The translations under genes and the position numbers were made by a program. Below the pieces are notes generated by a model, which worked only from the letters and a program-made list of their open reading frames with translations, was not told the origin of the DNA and did not search any database. DNA of 64,000 nt from the NCBI GenBank assembly GCA_037131105.1, contig JBAXRQ010000001.1, positions 386,039 to 450,038 of the forward strand, given 5' to 3'. The DNA comes from a bacterium (GTDB taxonomy: Bacteria > Patescibacteriota > UBA1384 > CAILIB01). Below, piece by piece: positions 19,017 through 29,284 of the stretch. Position 1 is the stretch's first letter. Every line of letters begins with the position of its first letter.

Positions 19017-19084
19017 GGCCTTTTCAGTGTAGCGCAGACCCCGGGAGCCTTGTCTATATCTTTCAGGAGTGGTACTCTGTTCTA

Positions 19085-20860
19085 ATGACAAAACCCACCT
19101 CCCCCAAAAAGCAAAAGTCGGTAAGTATCTGGTATCTGACCCGCTTCATGCGGCCGTATCTTGGTCTTATCATTCTCACCCTTGTCTTCCTGTTAGCTGA
19201 TACGGTGGCCGCAGGTCTGCAGCCGTTCTGGCTTAAAAAGCTCATCGACTTGATTAGTAAGGGCACTACTCTGCAGGCAGTGAGCGGGATCCTGATCACG
19301 TACTTTGCTTTCAAGGGCGTGTCGGCTGTCTTTGAGGTGCTGCGCGACGTGGTGTTTGCCCCGGCTGAGATGGGCATCGCCCGTAGTGTCTCTGACCAAC
19401 TGTTCACCCAACTGGTTACCTTGCCAGTAGGCTATCACCATGAGCAGCGCCTGGGAGCCACTTCCCGCAAGATTACCCGAGGGGGACGAGCCATCAGCTT
19501 TATCCTGGACTTTTTGGTCATCAACATCCTGCCGACCATCTTCCAGCTGCTGTTTGTCACGGCCCTACTGTTCAAGTTGTATGCGCCTGTGTATGCTATC
19601 GTCACGTTTATTACTATCGTCGGCTATACGGTCTTCACCATCTGGGCCACTGAGAAGCGCCAGAAGTTCAGGGTGGCTGCCAATGAGGCTGATGACGAAG
19701 TATCTTCCATAGAGGTAGATACCCTGAGCAATATCGATACGGTAAAATACTTCAACAACGAGCGGCAGCAGAACGCCCTCTATCAGCCAGCCATCCAGAA
19801 CCGCTACCGGCTTTCAGTGGCCTCAAACCAGCTCTTTGCGGTTATTTCCGGCGTGCAGGGACTTATTCTTCTGGCCGGCCTCAGTCTCATTCTGTATCTC
19901 GGGGTACGCCAGAACATCCAGGGAGAGATGACCATCGGTGACTTGGTGTTGCTTACCACTTATGTCGCCCAGCTGTCGGCACCTATTGGAGTGCTTGGGT
20001 TCATCTATCGTCAGATCAAGGACGGTCTGGCTGACCTGGACGGCATGGCTCGTATCATGCAGGAGGAGATCACTATTATTGAGCCCGAGCATCCAACTTC
20101 CATTGAGAAGCCTGTAGGCCGGATAGAGTTTAAGGACGTGCATTTTAGCTATCCCAGCGGACGCGAGGTACTGAAGGGTATCTCACTTACCGTGGAGCCG
20201 GGCCAGAAAGTGGCATTTGTCGGCCCTTCAGGCGTAGGCAAGTCCACCATCGTCAAGCTGCTGTTTAGGCTCTACGAGACTACCGGCGGCCAGATCCTAG
20301 TGGACGGGGTGCCGCTTGAGGAGCTCTCCAAGGATAGTCGTCGTGACATCTTTGCCATCGTACCTCAGGAACCCGTACTGTTTAATGCGAGTATCGCAGA
20401 GAACATCAGGTTCGGTAAGCCAGACGCGACCATGGCAGAAGTGGAGGCAGCCGCCAAGCTCGCCAATGCCCATTCCTTTATAAGCCACTTCGATAAGGGA
20501 TACGAGACCATAGTGGGCGAGCGGGGAGTCAAGCTGTCTGGTGGTGAGAAGCAGCGGGTGGCCATTGCCCGCTCAGTAGTTCGTGACCCGAAGGTGTTGG
20601 TCTTTGACGAGGCCACGTCCGCTTTGGACACCCATAGTGAGCAGATCATCCAGCAGTCGCTTGATCGCGTCGCCGAAGGCCGGACCACCCTTGCTGTAGC
20701 CCACCGCCTCTCAACTATCGCCGATGCCGACGTCATCTTTGTACTGAAAGAAGGAAAAATCGTGGAGCAGGGTACCCACGAACAGCTACTGGCCAAGAAG
20801 GGACTGTTCAGTCAGCTCTGGCAGTTACAGATCCAGCAACGCGAAGAAGGCGACGAGTAA
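19085..20860 (+). CDS. ABC exporter, fused permease/ATPase (ATM1/HMT-like)
   Basis: GPSGVGKS, LSGGEKQR, DEATSALD; TM domain with NIDTVKYFNNE. Confidence 0.92.
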   Translation: MTKPTSPKKQKSVSIWYLTRFMRPYLGLIILTLVFLLADTVAAGLQPFWLKKLIDLISKGTTLQAVSGILITYFAFKGVSAVFEVLRDVVFAPAEMGIARSVSDQLFTQLVTLPVGYHHEQRLGATSRKITRGGRAISFILDFLVINILPTIFQLLFVTALLFKLYAPVYAIVTFITIVGYTVFTIWATEKRQKFRVAANEADDEVSSIEVDTLSNIDTVKYFNNERQQNALYQPAIQNRYRLSVASNQLFAVISGVQGLILLAGLSLILYLGVRQNIQGEMTIGDLVLLTTYVAQLSAPIGVLGFIYRQIKDGLADLDGMARIMQEEITIIEPEHPTSIEKPVGRIEFKDVHFSYPSGREVLKGISLTVEPGQKVAFVGPSGVGKSTIVKLLFRLYETTGGQILVDGVPLEELSKDSRRDIFAIVPQEPVLFNASIAENIRFGKPDATMAEVEAAAKLANAHSFISHFDKGYETIVGERGVKLSGGEKQRVAIARSVVRDPKVLVFDEATSALDTHSEQIIQQSLDRVAEGRTTLAVAHRLSTIADADVIFVLKEGKIVEQGTHEQLLAKKGLFSQLWQLQIQQREEGDE

Positions 20861-20921
20861 TTGACAGGTAGGAAGACTCACCCCATACTGGGGGTAGTCA
20901 ATCGGGTAACCTACGTCCGCA

Positions 20922-22358
20922 ATGAAGGCGACCATACCGCATCTTTCCACTACGTGGTTTCGCATCACGCTGGGCGTGATGGTCTTTCTCCTTCTGGCCA
21001 TTGGGGCGATGCTGGCCGTACGAGGACGTCATGCCGCGGTTGCAGACGGCTTCCCTTCCAATGACCTGCTAGTAGCTTCAGCCCAGGACCAGGCTGGCCA
21101 AGGATATCTGCGCATAAGTGCTAGCCGGGATCAGGAAAGTCGGATCGCCACCGGGCACCTCACCCTTATGGACGTCACAGGCTCTCTTCTTAGTGACCAG
21201 CCTTACCAGGCGACCGTCATGCAGCTAAACGCGCCAGATTCGGATACTGCCAGCCTCCTGGCGATCAACAGCGCCGATACGAGACAGGTACTAAGCTGTG
21301 AATTCAAGAGAGAGGCTACCGGCCTCAACTTGGTACGTTTACTGAGTGGGAGCGTTGGGTATACGGTCATGTGTCAGGCTCCCGCGACACCAGGCGCCCA
21401 AGAGGTCAGTTTTACTACCCATCTGGATACGTCAACTGATTCCGTCCATCTTCCTGACGTAGACCAACTCTCGGTAAGGGTGGATGCTACCCATCAGGGT
21501 CAGCTTGCACCCATTAGTTCGCAGATTACTATTGATGCATCGGGTGCCCAAGGAGGCGATAGTTATATCTACCAGGTTGACTGTGGTAATCGTGGCCCCG
21601 TTACTCCTTCAAACCCCATTACCCGAATAACTAAGAATACGAGCCTTTGTTCGTACTCGCTCCCTGGTATCTACCAGGTTCACGTGGTGGTGCGGGCCGG
21701 TGACAAGGTGGGTGAGGCGATACTACCGGTTACGGCCAAGGGTCTCTCTGTAAAGCTTACGCCAGACCAGATCAATGCTGTGGCGACAGAGACCCCCTTT
21801 GTTCCGGTGGTAAAGGTTGAGGTTCAGGGTGGGACTGCTTCGGGTGACTATTCATATGATGTCTACTGTAATTATGCTGGTGCCACCCAAGGCAAGTCGG
21901 TGCCGGTTACCGGCCAGGGGTCGTCGTTTACCTACTCTTCATGCAGCTATACCCAACCTGGAGTTAACAGGCTGAATATTGTGGCCCATCAGGGTGGGGC
22001 CCAGGGATCCTCCTTAGTAGACTTCTTCCTTGCTTCACCCGAGGCCCAGCTTAAGGCCGATCTGAAGGTTGAGAACGTGACCGGTAGTGCACCATTTTCA
22101 CCCAAGGGCACAGTAACGGTTAGCGGCACCGCTAGTGGCATTACAACGTATCAGGTCTTTTGCGACTGGGACGGTACTGCGGTTACTGCCGCCCATCCCG
22201 ATGCCGTGCAGAGCCTTGCTACTGACGCCAAGAGCGGGCAGGGAAGCCAGAGCTTCCAGGCCTGTGCATATACCAAGCCAGGAATCTATGCTATGCGAAT
22301 AGTGATGCAGCGGGGAAAGAGCCTGGCCCAGTCGGTGGCTAGCATTACCGTTCGATAA
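20922..22358 (+). CDS. Membrane-anchored surface protein with three PKD/Ig-like repeats
   Basis: N-terminal TM; repeats of Y-x-Y-x-V-x-C...C-x-Y-x-x-PG; TTGACA-17-CATACT promoter at 20861. Confidence 0.7.
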   Translation: MKATIPHLSTTWFRITLGVMVFLLLAIGAMLAVRGRHAAVADGFPSNDLLVASAQDQAGQGYLRISASRDQESRIATGHLTLMDVTGSLLSDQPYQATVMQLNAPDSDTASLLAINSADTRQVLSCEFKREATGLNLVRLLSGSVGYTVMCQAPATPGAQEVSFTTHLDTSTDSVHLPDVDQLSVRVDATHQGQLAPISSQITIDASGAQGGDSYIYQVDCGNRGPVTPSNPITRITKNTSLCSYSLPGIYQVHVVVRAGDKVGEAILPVTAKGLSVKLTPDQINAVATETPFVPVVKVEVQGGTASGDYSYDVYCNYAGATQGKSVPVTGQGSSFTYSSCSYTQPGVNRLNIVAHQGGAQGSSLVDFFLASPEAQLKADLKVENVTGSAPFSPKGTVTVSGTASGITTYQVFCDWDGTAVTAAHPDAVQSLATDAKSGQGSQSFQACAYTKPGIYAMRIVMQRGKSLAQSVASITVR

Positions 22359-22359
22359 C

Positions 22360-22545
22360 CTAACGGTTTATCAGCTGGGAAATGAGGGCGGCGATGATGG
22401 CGCCCCCTACTAGAATGGCAACGACGACGGCGCAACCACAAGAGAAGCAGCCTCCTCCGACCGGTCCTCCGGTCCTGCCGATATACTTAGGGTGCCGGTA
22501 CCAGTCGGCAAATTTCTTTTCTTTCTGGTCGGTGGTCGGGTCCAT
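22360..22545 (-). CDS. Small single-TM hypothetical protein
   Basis: 61 aa, Cys/Gly-rich segment before the TM; 4 nt downstream of the YbjQ-repeat gene. Confidence 0.55.
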   Translation of the reverse strand: MDPTTDQKEKKFADWYRHPKYIGRTGGPVGGGCFSCGCAVVVAILVGGAIIAALISQLINR

Positions 22546-22549
22546 GGCC

Positions 22550-23710
22550 TTAGCGATTTGGGCTGTTAAGGTTTACTCCGAACTCTGTCTCAGCGGTATT
22601 GTAGAAGGTATCCTTGTCGGGCATTACTGCTTGGGGAGGTAATTGTTCTGAGCGCGTACGTACGGAGGCGCCAACCTTCTTTACAGCTGTGCCGATAGCG
22701 AGAAACTCGATGAGGCCGCTTCCTAGGGAATACACATAGGTTTTGATCCCTATGACGTCGTCGGCCCCCAGGGCCTCTGCCTCTTGCTGGATCTTGCCAA
22801 TGGACTCCTCCCTGGCATCATAGATGAGGGTAGTAAGCTCGTTGATTTCACCCTTGGCCAGTCCCTTGATGACCGAGGTGACGCTGCCGACGAAGCCAAG
22901 CGAATAGACAGAGGTGCCGAGTACCAACTTGTACGGTACGTACCCCATGCTGGTGATATTCCAGAGCTCCTGGCAGGTGAGGTCGCTGGTTACTACGTTG
23001 TCGACGTCGCCTACGGCGGCTTCGGCATTGCCGTACTCAATGAACTGGCAGTTTGAGGCGGTTCCTAGCATCAGCATTTCTTGCACCCCAACTCCTTGGA
23101 AGGGCAGGATGGTGGTTTCGATGCCTACCACGCAGTTTGCTCCTATGGACTGGGCCTCACGGACTATGCGTTCCAGGGCCAAGTTACGAGTAGCGTTGAA
23201 GATGTCGGTGTACTCGCGAATCTCGCCGCGGGCCACGGTGCGCAGGCCTCCCATGAAGCCTTGGGCTAGGCCTACTGAATAGGCAACGTTTCCGAAGACG
23301 AACTTCTTGGGGGTGTAGCCGGCGTCCATTTGGCAATAGAGCTCCTGGCCGTTGGAAGACGTGGTGAAGGGCTCATGCTGGCCCTCGTTAGGTGAATGCA
23401 GGCTGGAGGCGATAGAAAGGAACTCGATGTTGCCGGGGTGGACCACTAGTTCACTGGTAACTCCGGTTGCCCCCAGCGCTCCGCGCTCGTTTACCTCTTT
23501 GAGTAGTCGCTTATAGGAGAGGCGCCGACCTTCGTTGATGATGTCGGTGTAGTCGTGAATCTCACCTCCGATCATACCTTTGAACCCGGAGCGGATGCCG
23601 CCGAGTATTCCTAGTGAGAAGACGCTATTGCCAATGATAAGGTCGCCGGGCTGCAGTCCGATTTTGGCCAGGCAGTAGAGCTCGTTGCCAGAAAGTCCAG
23701 TGTAGACCAT
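22550..23710 (-). CDS. Tandem triple YbjQ (UPF0145, putative heavy-metal-binding) domain protein
   Basis: Three repeats of GEI..YT...R...L..E...GA..V.G...GTA. Confidence 0.85.
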   Translation of the reverse strand: MVYTGLSGNELYCLAKIGLQPGDLIIGNSVFSLGILGGIRSGFKGMIGGEIHDYTDIINEGRRLSYKRLLKEVNERGALGATGVTSELVVHPGNIEFLSIASSLHSPNEGQHEPFTTSSNGQELYCQMDAGYTPKKFVFGNVAYSVGLAQGFMGGLRTVARGEIREYTDIFNATRNLALERIVREAQSIGANCVVGIETTILPFQGVGVQEMLMLGTASNCQFIEYGNAEAAVGDVDNVVTSDLTCQELWNITSMGYVPYKLVLGTSVYSLGFVGSVTSVIKGLAKGEINELTTLIYDAREESIGKIQQEAEALGADDVIGIKTYVYSLGSGLIEFLAIGTAVKKVGASVRTRSEQLPPQAVMPDKDTFYNTAETEFGVNLNSPNR

Positions 23711-23789
23711 AGGGAAGATTACAAACGTGAAGCTACCTAAGCTGTACCATCCCTAGTATACTAATGCTGAATGATTTCTAACAAATCCC

Positions 23790-24185
23790 ATGAGCGACAC
23801 CATCCAGAAAACCGAGGAAGAGTGGAAGCAGGAACTAGGAGCTGAGAAATATCGGGTGCTCCGGGAGAAGGGGACTGAGCCGGCTTTTGATAATGAATAC
23901 TGGGACAATCACGAGGACGGGACCTATCTCTGCGGTGCCTGTGGCCTGGAGCTTTTCGGTTCGGAGGCCAAGTATGACTCAGGTACCGGCTGGCCGAGCT
24001 TTTCCAAGCCGATGGATCCTGAGCTAGTGGCTGTGGAAGGTGATACGTCCCACGGCATGGTACGGGACGAGGTGGTGTGCAGCCGCTGTGGGTCGCACCT
24101 GGGGCATGTGTTTCCGGACGGACCAGCGGAGACGGGGGAGCGGTATTGTATGAACTCTGCCGCATTGCAGTTTAAACATAAATAG
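23790..24185 (+). CDS. msrB: Peptide-methionine (R)-S-oxide reductase
   Basis: GTEPAF, two CxxC Zn motifs, GWPSF, HLGHVF, RYCMNS. Confidence 0.97.
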   Translation: MSDTIQKTEEEWKQELGAEKYRVLREKGTEPAFDNEYWDNHEDGTYLCGACGLELFGSEAKYDSGTGWPSFSKPMDPELVAVEGDTSHGMVRDEVVCSRCGSHLGHVFPDGPAETGERYCMNSAALQFKHK

Positions 24186-24194
24186 AACTCAAAT

Positions 24195-24728
24195 ATGACC
24201 GAAAGCATAGTGCTGGGAGGAGGTTGCTTCTGGTGCGTGGAAGCCTTCCTTTCCGAGTTACGGGGGGTGTCAGAGGTACTGTCCGGCTATGCCGGTGGCA
24301 CGGTGCCAGATCCTACATACGAGCAGGTATGTAGCGGCCAGACCGGCCATGCCGAGGTGGTAAGGGTTGAGTTTGATCCCAAAGTCATTAGCTTGCATGA
24401 TTTGCTAACCGTCTTCTTTACTCTTCACGATCCGACAACCCTGAACCGCCAGGGCAATGACTCGGGTACTCAGTATCGCTCAGTAGTATTCTATGTAAGT
24501 AACGCCCAAAAGGAAGAAGCTCAGAGAGTAATGCAGGAGATCGCTGATCGTGGTGTGTGGGAGGATCCCCTAGTAACCACACTGGAACCTCTGGGTGAGT
24601 TCTACGAAGCCGAGAGCTATCACCAGGATTATTACAACCGACAGCCTAACCAGGGCTATTGCCAGGTAATCATAGCGCCAAAAGTGGCCAAGCTACGTAA
24701 GGAGTTCGCTGACAAGCTGAAGGCCTAG
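24195..24728 (+). CDS. msrA: Peptide-methionine (S)-S-oxide reductase
   Basis: GGGCFWC, GHAEVV, HQDYY, GYC. Confidence 0.97.
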   Translation: MTESIVLGGGCFWCVEAFLSELRGVSEVLSGYAGGTVPDPTYEQVCSGQTGHAEVVRVEFDPKVISLHDLLTVFFTLHDPTTLNRQGNDSGTQYRSVVFYVSNAQKEEAQRVMQEIADRGVWEDPLVTTLEPLGEFYEAESYHQDYYNRQPNQGYCQVIIAPKVAKLRKEFADKLKA

Positions 24729-25300
24729 AGCTTGAGCTTGGCCAGGCGCTTTGCCTCTGGCCGACGCAGGAATATGAACAGCAAGCTGCCTCCCAGCGAG
24801 ATAAACATGGCGATGCCCGCCATGATGGTCAGATCGTTCTCGCGATTCTCAACCTCACGCAACGAGCGGGCGGCAATGACATAGCCCGGACGTTCGCCAC
24901 CGAAGTGCCGAATGACAGCGGCAAGGCGTACGCCGCCTTCGGGCTGCCAGGTAATTCGGTTCTCTGAAGTACCTGTAGCCACTACTAGGCTGTCGTGTGG
25001 CGGCACGGGAGTTTTGCCTGAAAGGGTACCTGATCCTGAGATGACGGTGCCGGCCAGATCAGTGACCACCACAAAAGGCGCCAGGCTTGTGGATGGGTCA
25101 ACTGTCTCCTTGGGGATGACGGTTGACGGGCTAGTACCTTTTTCTATTGAAGTAGCAGCGTCTTCGGCCAGCTGAATCTGAGGATCATTGGCACTTTGCC
25201 GCATCTCCTGCTGGATGCCTATATATGCGAAGCTAATTCCTATAAGGCTGCAGAGGGCGAATGGCAGCCAGGCGGTGAGAATAGTAATGAAGCGGGGCAT
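24725..25300 (-). CDS. Two-TM membrane protein with an extracytoplasmic Cache/PAS-like domain and no output domain
   Basis: TM-RQSANDPQIQLAED...ITWQP...RSLREVE-TM architecture. Confidence 0.65.
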   Translation of the reverse strand: MPRFITILTAWLPFALCSLIGISFAYIGIQQEMRQSANDPQIQLAEDAATSIEKGTSPSTVIPKETVDPSTSLAPFVVVTDLAGTVISGSGTLSGKTPVPPHDSLVVATGTSENRITWQPEGGVRLAAVIRHFGGERPGYVIAARSLREVENRENDLTIMAGIAMFISLGGSLLFIFLRRPEAKRLAKLKL

Positions 25301-25472
25301 GGGTGGGTGCTTACTTCTAGGCTTGATAAGGCCATGATAGCATGGGTATGACTGCTTGTCTGGTATCTGTCATGCGCTCGTCTCCGCAAGCTACCAGTCA
25401 ATTCTCAGAATAGTGCCGTACGATAGTGACAAGAATCACACGGACGCATCAATATCTAAATGCAGGGCGTAT

Positions 25473-26039
25473 ATGAAAAAGGCAGTTGTATCAATAGGAT
25501 TCCTTCTTGTCTTCGCACTATACGCCGCAGCGCTGCGTCATCAGCAGGGGGAGGTATCCGCCGCCACCTTGGTTCCGCCGACCGGCCTGACCGTTGCCAC
25601 GACGACGGCTACTCCTACACCATCCCCTTCACCAAGTCCGACTCCCGCTACTACGACCACTGGCATCCCCTCGATACTCGCACCGAGCCCTACCGCTACT
25701 CCGATCCACACACCGACCCATACTCCAACCCACACTCCGACCCCCACGCCAGCCGGTAAGTATAAGGACGGTTCGTACACGGGAAGCAGTGAGGATGCGT
25801 ATTACGGTACGGTCCAGGTTAAGGCCATAGTCAGCGGTGGCAAGATCTCCGACGTGCAGTTTCTGAACTATCCCCAGGACCGCAGCACTTCCCGCATGAT
25901 CAATGGCCAGGCCACCCCCTGGCTCACCCAGGAAGCAGTGAAAGCCCAAAGCGCTAGCGTCAGCGTGGTCTCCGGGGCCACTCTTACCAGCGAGGCCTTC
26001 GTGCGCTCGCTTACCACTGCTCTTCAGCAAGCCTCCTGA
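25473..26039 (+). CDS. Extracytoplasmic FMN-binding (flavinylated) protein with Pro/Thr linker
   Basis: N-terminal TM, PT-rich linker, YKDGSYTG...YGTVQV and the VSGATLTS flavinylation motif. Confidence 0.9.
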   Translation: MKKAVVSIGFLLVFALYAAALRHQQGEVSAATLVPPTGLTVATTTATPTPSPSPSPTPATTTTGIPSILAPSPTATPIHTPTHTPTHTPTPTPAGKYKDGSYTGSSEDAYYGTVQVKAIVSGGKISDVQFLNYPQDRSTSRMINGQATPWLTQEAVKAQSASVSVVSGATLTSEAFVRSLTTALQQAS

Positions 26040-26040
26040 T

Positions 26041-26781
26041 ATGAAAGAGACCAGGCTTATCATGGGAATGCCGGTCACCCTTGACCTGGTGGACGGGTCA
26101 GCTAACGATCTCGAGGCTGCCTTTGCCCGCTTCGTAGAGGTTGATGAGGCCTTCAGTACCTATAAGCCACAGAGTGAGATCGAGCGGGCCAAGCGGGGAG
26201 ATATTTTGCCTCCAGATTATTCGGATGAACTCCGTCAGATCCTAGAGCTTGCCGAACAGACGAAACGGGAAAGCGATGGCTATTTCGACATCGGTCCCTT
26301 TGAACACTGCGACCCCTCGGGCATTGTCAAGGGCTGGGCCGTACGGGGAGTGGCCAATCTCTTGAAGGAACGGGGAGTCCGCTCCTTCTATGTAGAGGCG
26401 GGCGGCGACATCCAGCTGGCCGGCTCAGGACCGGCTCCCATTGGCTGGACGGTGGGCATACGCAATCCTTTCAACGACCAGGAGATCGTAAAGTCCCTCA
26501 GTCTGACCGACAAGGGTGTGGCCACTTCTGGTACCTACGCGCGGGGCGAGCATATCTACAATCCCAAGACGGGAACGCCGGTGACGGAGATAGTCGGCCT
26601 CACTATCATCGGTCCTGACATTTATGAGGCGGATAGGTTTGCTACGGCTGCTTTTGCCATGGGCAAGGCGGGTATTTCGTTTATTGAGCATCGGCCCGGC
26701 CTTGAGGGGTATATGATTGATACTGAAGGAATGGCAACCTATACCAGCGGTTTCAACCAGTATGTAACGCCAGAGCAATGA
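26041..26781 (+). CDS. apbE: FAD:protein FMN transferase
   Basis: MGMPV, FSTYKPQSE, DPSGIVKGWA, EAGGDI, VATSG, ADRFATA. Confidence 0.92.
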   Translation: MKETRLIMGMPVTLDLVDGSANDLEAAFARFVEVDEAFSTYKPQSEIERAKRGDILPPDYSDELRQILELAEQTKRESDGYFDIGPFEHCDPSGIVKGWAVRGVANLLKERGVRSFYVEAGGDIQLAGSGPAPIGWTVGIRNPFNDQEIVKSLSLTDKGVATSGTYARGEHIYNPKTGTPVTEIVGLTIIGPDIYEADRFATAAFAMGKAGISFIEHRPGLEGYMIDTEGMATYTSGFNQYVTPEQ

Positions 26782-28295
26782 ACTACCTCGACGACCTCTT
26801 GAACTGGGTGACCATGTATCGTCTCGTGCTGTATTACCTACTTGCCTTGCTGGCGGCTGCCTTTATGCTCTGTCTGTTTGGGGTGCTCCCGTACAGCCCG
26901 TGGACACTGCTGGGATCCATAGTCTGGGTGACGGCGGTAGCCTGGGTGGCCAACTATCTTCTGGCCCGCTATTTCCACGTGGTGGCCAATGTCGAGTCAG
27001 TATATATCACCGCACTTATCCTGGCCCTTATCATTACTCCCCAGGCGACCACTGAGAATTTCCTCTTCCTGGGCTGGGCAGCTGCTCTGGCCATGGCCTC
27101 GAAGTATGTTCTTAGTATTCATAGAAAGCATCTCTTCAACCCTGTCGCCGTAGCAGTGGCGATAACTGCCTTCGGTAGCCAGCAGTCGGCCAGCTGGTGG
27201 GTGGGGACGTCCTCGCTGCTGCCTATTGTGGTCATCGGGGGGATCCTGATAGTGAGGAAGGTCCATCGGGCAGACCTGGCACTGAGCTTTCTGGGGGCAT
27301 CTCTTCTCACGACTGCACTGTTTGGAGTTGTCGGAGGTGCTACTGTGCCGGTGCTCTTGAAGCACCTGCTTACGGATTCGTCACTCTTCTTTTTTGCCTG
27401 CATCATGCTTACCGAGCCGCTTACCACGCCGCCTACCCGCTGGCTGCAGGTGGTCTATGGGGCCTTGGTCGGGTTCCTTTTCGCGCCCCAGGTACATGTG
27501 GCTTCGTTTTACTTTACGCCTGAGCTGGCTCTGCTGGCCGGCAATGTCTTCTCATATGTGGTAAGTCCTAAGTTTCGGCTGCTGCTGACCTTGGAGCGAG
27601 TCGAGAAGATAGGTGATAATTTGTATGATTTTGTATTCAGGCCTGACCGTAAGCTGCGGTTTCAACCTGGACAATACCTGGAATGGACCCTAGGGGTACC
27701 AAAGCCCGATGACCGAGGAAATCGGCGTTACTTTACCATTGCCTCATCGCCTACCGAGGATACGGTGCGCATGGGGGTGAAGTTTTATGAGCCGGCCAGT
27801 AGGTTCAAGTCGGTGCTAGGGACCATGAAGCCCGGCGATACCATGATAGCTTCCCAGCTTTCTGGTGACTTTACTCTGCCTTCCGATCCTAGTCAAAAGC
27901 TCGCCCTGATTGCCGGAGGTATTGGTATTACGCCATTTCGTAGCATGATCAAAAACTTGGTGGATAGTAACCAGTCCCGAGATCTGAAGCTTATATACTC
28001 TAATCGCCATGCCGAGGACGTGGCCTATACCGAGGTGTTCAACGAGGCACAGAAGAAGCTTGGTATCCCGACCGTATATGCTCTGACTGACATAGAGAAG
28101 GTACCTGCCGGCTGGCCGGGACACGTGGGGGCGGTAAACGAGGAGCTTATTCGCCAGGAGCTGCCGGACTTCAAGGAGCGCATGTTCTACCTTTCGGGGC
28201 CTCATGCCATGGTGGTCACGTTCGAGGGTCTACTGAAGGGCATGGGCGTACCGCCACGTCAGATACGGTGTGACTATTTCCCAGGATTTGCATAA
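26778..28295 (+). CDS. NqrB/RnfD-like membrane domain fused to an FNR-type FAD/NAD(P)-binding oxidoreductase
   Basis: SKY...HLFNP and MLTEPLTTP, then PGQY, RYFTIASSP, AGGIGITPF and YLSGP. Confidence 0.9.
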   Translation: MNYLDDLLNWVTMYRLVLYYLLALLAAAFMLCLFGVLPYSPWTLLGSIVWVTAVAWVANYLLARYFHVVANVESVYITALILALIITPQATTENFLFLGWAAALAMASKYVLSIHRKHLFNPVAVAVAITAFGSQQSASWWVGTSSLLPIVVIGGILIVRKVHRADLALSFLGASLLTTALFGVVGGATVPVLLKHLLTDSSLFFFACIMLTEPLTTPPTRWLQVVYGALVGFLFAPQVHVASFYFTPELALLAGNVFSYVVSPKFRLLLTLERVEKIGDNLYDFVFRPDRKLRFQPGQYLEWTLGVPKPDDRGNRRYFTIASSPTEDTVRMGVKFYEPASRFKSVLGTMKPGDTMIASQLSGDFTLPSDPSQKLALIAGGIGITPFRSMIKNLVDSNQSRDLKLIYSNRHAEDVAYTEVFNEAQKKLGIPTVYALTDIEKVPAGWPGHVGAVNEELIRQELPDFKERMFYLSGPHAMVVTFEGLLKGMGVPPRQIRCDYFPGFA

Positions 28296-28451
28296 GCGAT
28301 AAGGTGCGGGTGCTGAAGAGAAGCCTGACGGTCTCCTTGGAGCATAGTGCTTTAGTCGAGACGGTGGATTCACAGATGGAAGTGGCCAAGCTACAGGCGG
28401 CCATAGGTAAAAAGCAGTGACAAATCAGGGATTTTACCCTATGGTGATCCT

Positions 28452-29132
28452 ATGACCTACGAAGAAATCATTACCGAGCTCAAGGCTGAGGCCAACCCTG
28501 CCAATGTGGAGGGTATGGCACGTTTTGGCATAGCTACGAAAGATACCCTAGGGATCTCTATTCCTTTTGTTTGGGCTCTAGCTAAGCGCATTGGCAAGAA
28601 CCATGACATTGCCGAGCGGCTCTGGCAGTCAGGCATCCACGAGGCTCGCATACTGGCTACTATTGCTGATAAAGCCGAATGGGTTACTCCCGAGCAGATG
28701 GAAAGCTGGGTAAAGGACTTTGACTCCTGGGATGTGTGCGACCAGGCATGCGGAAATCTCTTTTCCTGGACGCCGTTCGCCCATAGCAAGGCAGCCGAAT
28801 GGGCGGTGCGTGAGGAAGAGTTTGTCAGGCGTGCCGGCTTTGCTCTCATGGCAGCTCTCGCCGTACACGACAAGGACTCCAAGGACGCCGCCTTTCAGAA
28901 GTTTCTTCCTCTCATAAGCGAATTCTCAACCGATGACCGTAACTTTGTAAAGAAAGCGGTAAACTGGGCCTTGCGCCAGATCGGCAAGCGCAACAAATTC
29001 CTGCTGAACGAGGCTATCAAGGTGGCCGAGCGCCTCGCCGAAAGCAAGGACGCAGCGGCGCGCTGGATAGGCAAGGACGCAGCGCGCGAGCTGTTGGCGC
29101 GAAAAACGAAATTAGAGAATACCGTCGACTAG
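28452..29132 (+). CDS. AlkD-like DNA alkylation repair protein
   Basis: SWDVCDQ, EEFVRRAGF, DDRNFVKKAVNWALRQIGK. Confidence 0.9.
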   Translation: MTYEEIITELKAEANPANVEGMARFGIATKDTLGISIPFVWALAKRIGKNHDIAERLWQSGIHEARILATIADKAEWVTPEQMESWVKDFDSWDVCDQACGNLFSWTPFAHSKAAEWAVREEEFVRRAGFALMAALAVHDKDSKDAAFQKFLPLISEFSTDDRNFVKKAVNWALRQIGKRNKFLLNEAIKVAERLAESKDAAARWIGKDAARELLARKTKLENTVD

Positions 29133-29284
29133 GGGTCATGGTATCTGGCTATGGGAGCTAAACTGATTGACAGTTTCCTTCTTTTAGGCTACTGTTGTAC
29201 CACTAGTGCAAGGACCTATTCAATCACCAACAAAAAGCAATATGGCTACTTCATTCTTTTTTCACGAGGAAGCGGAGGATCCCT

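Noticed and set aside
25600-25750. Short tandem repeats or CRISPR-like periodicity
   Set aside because: They encode the Pro/Thr linker of the FMN-binding protein; no spacers and no cas genes.
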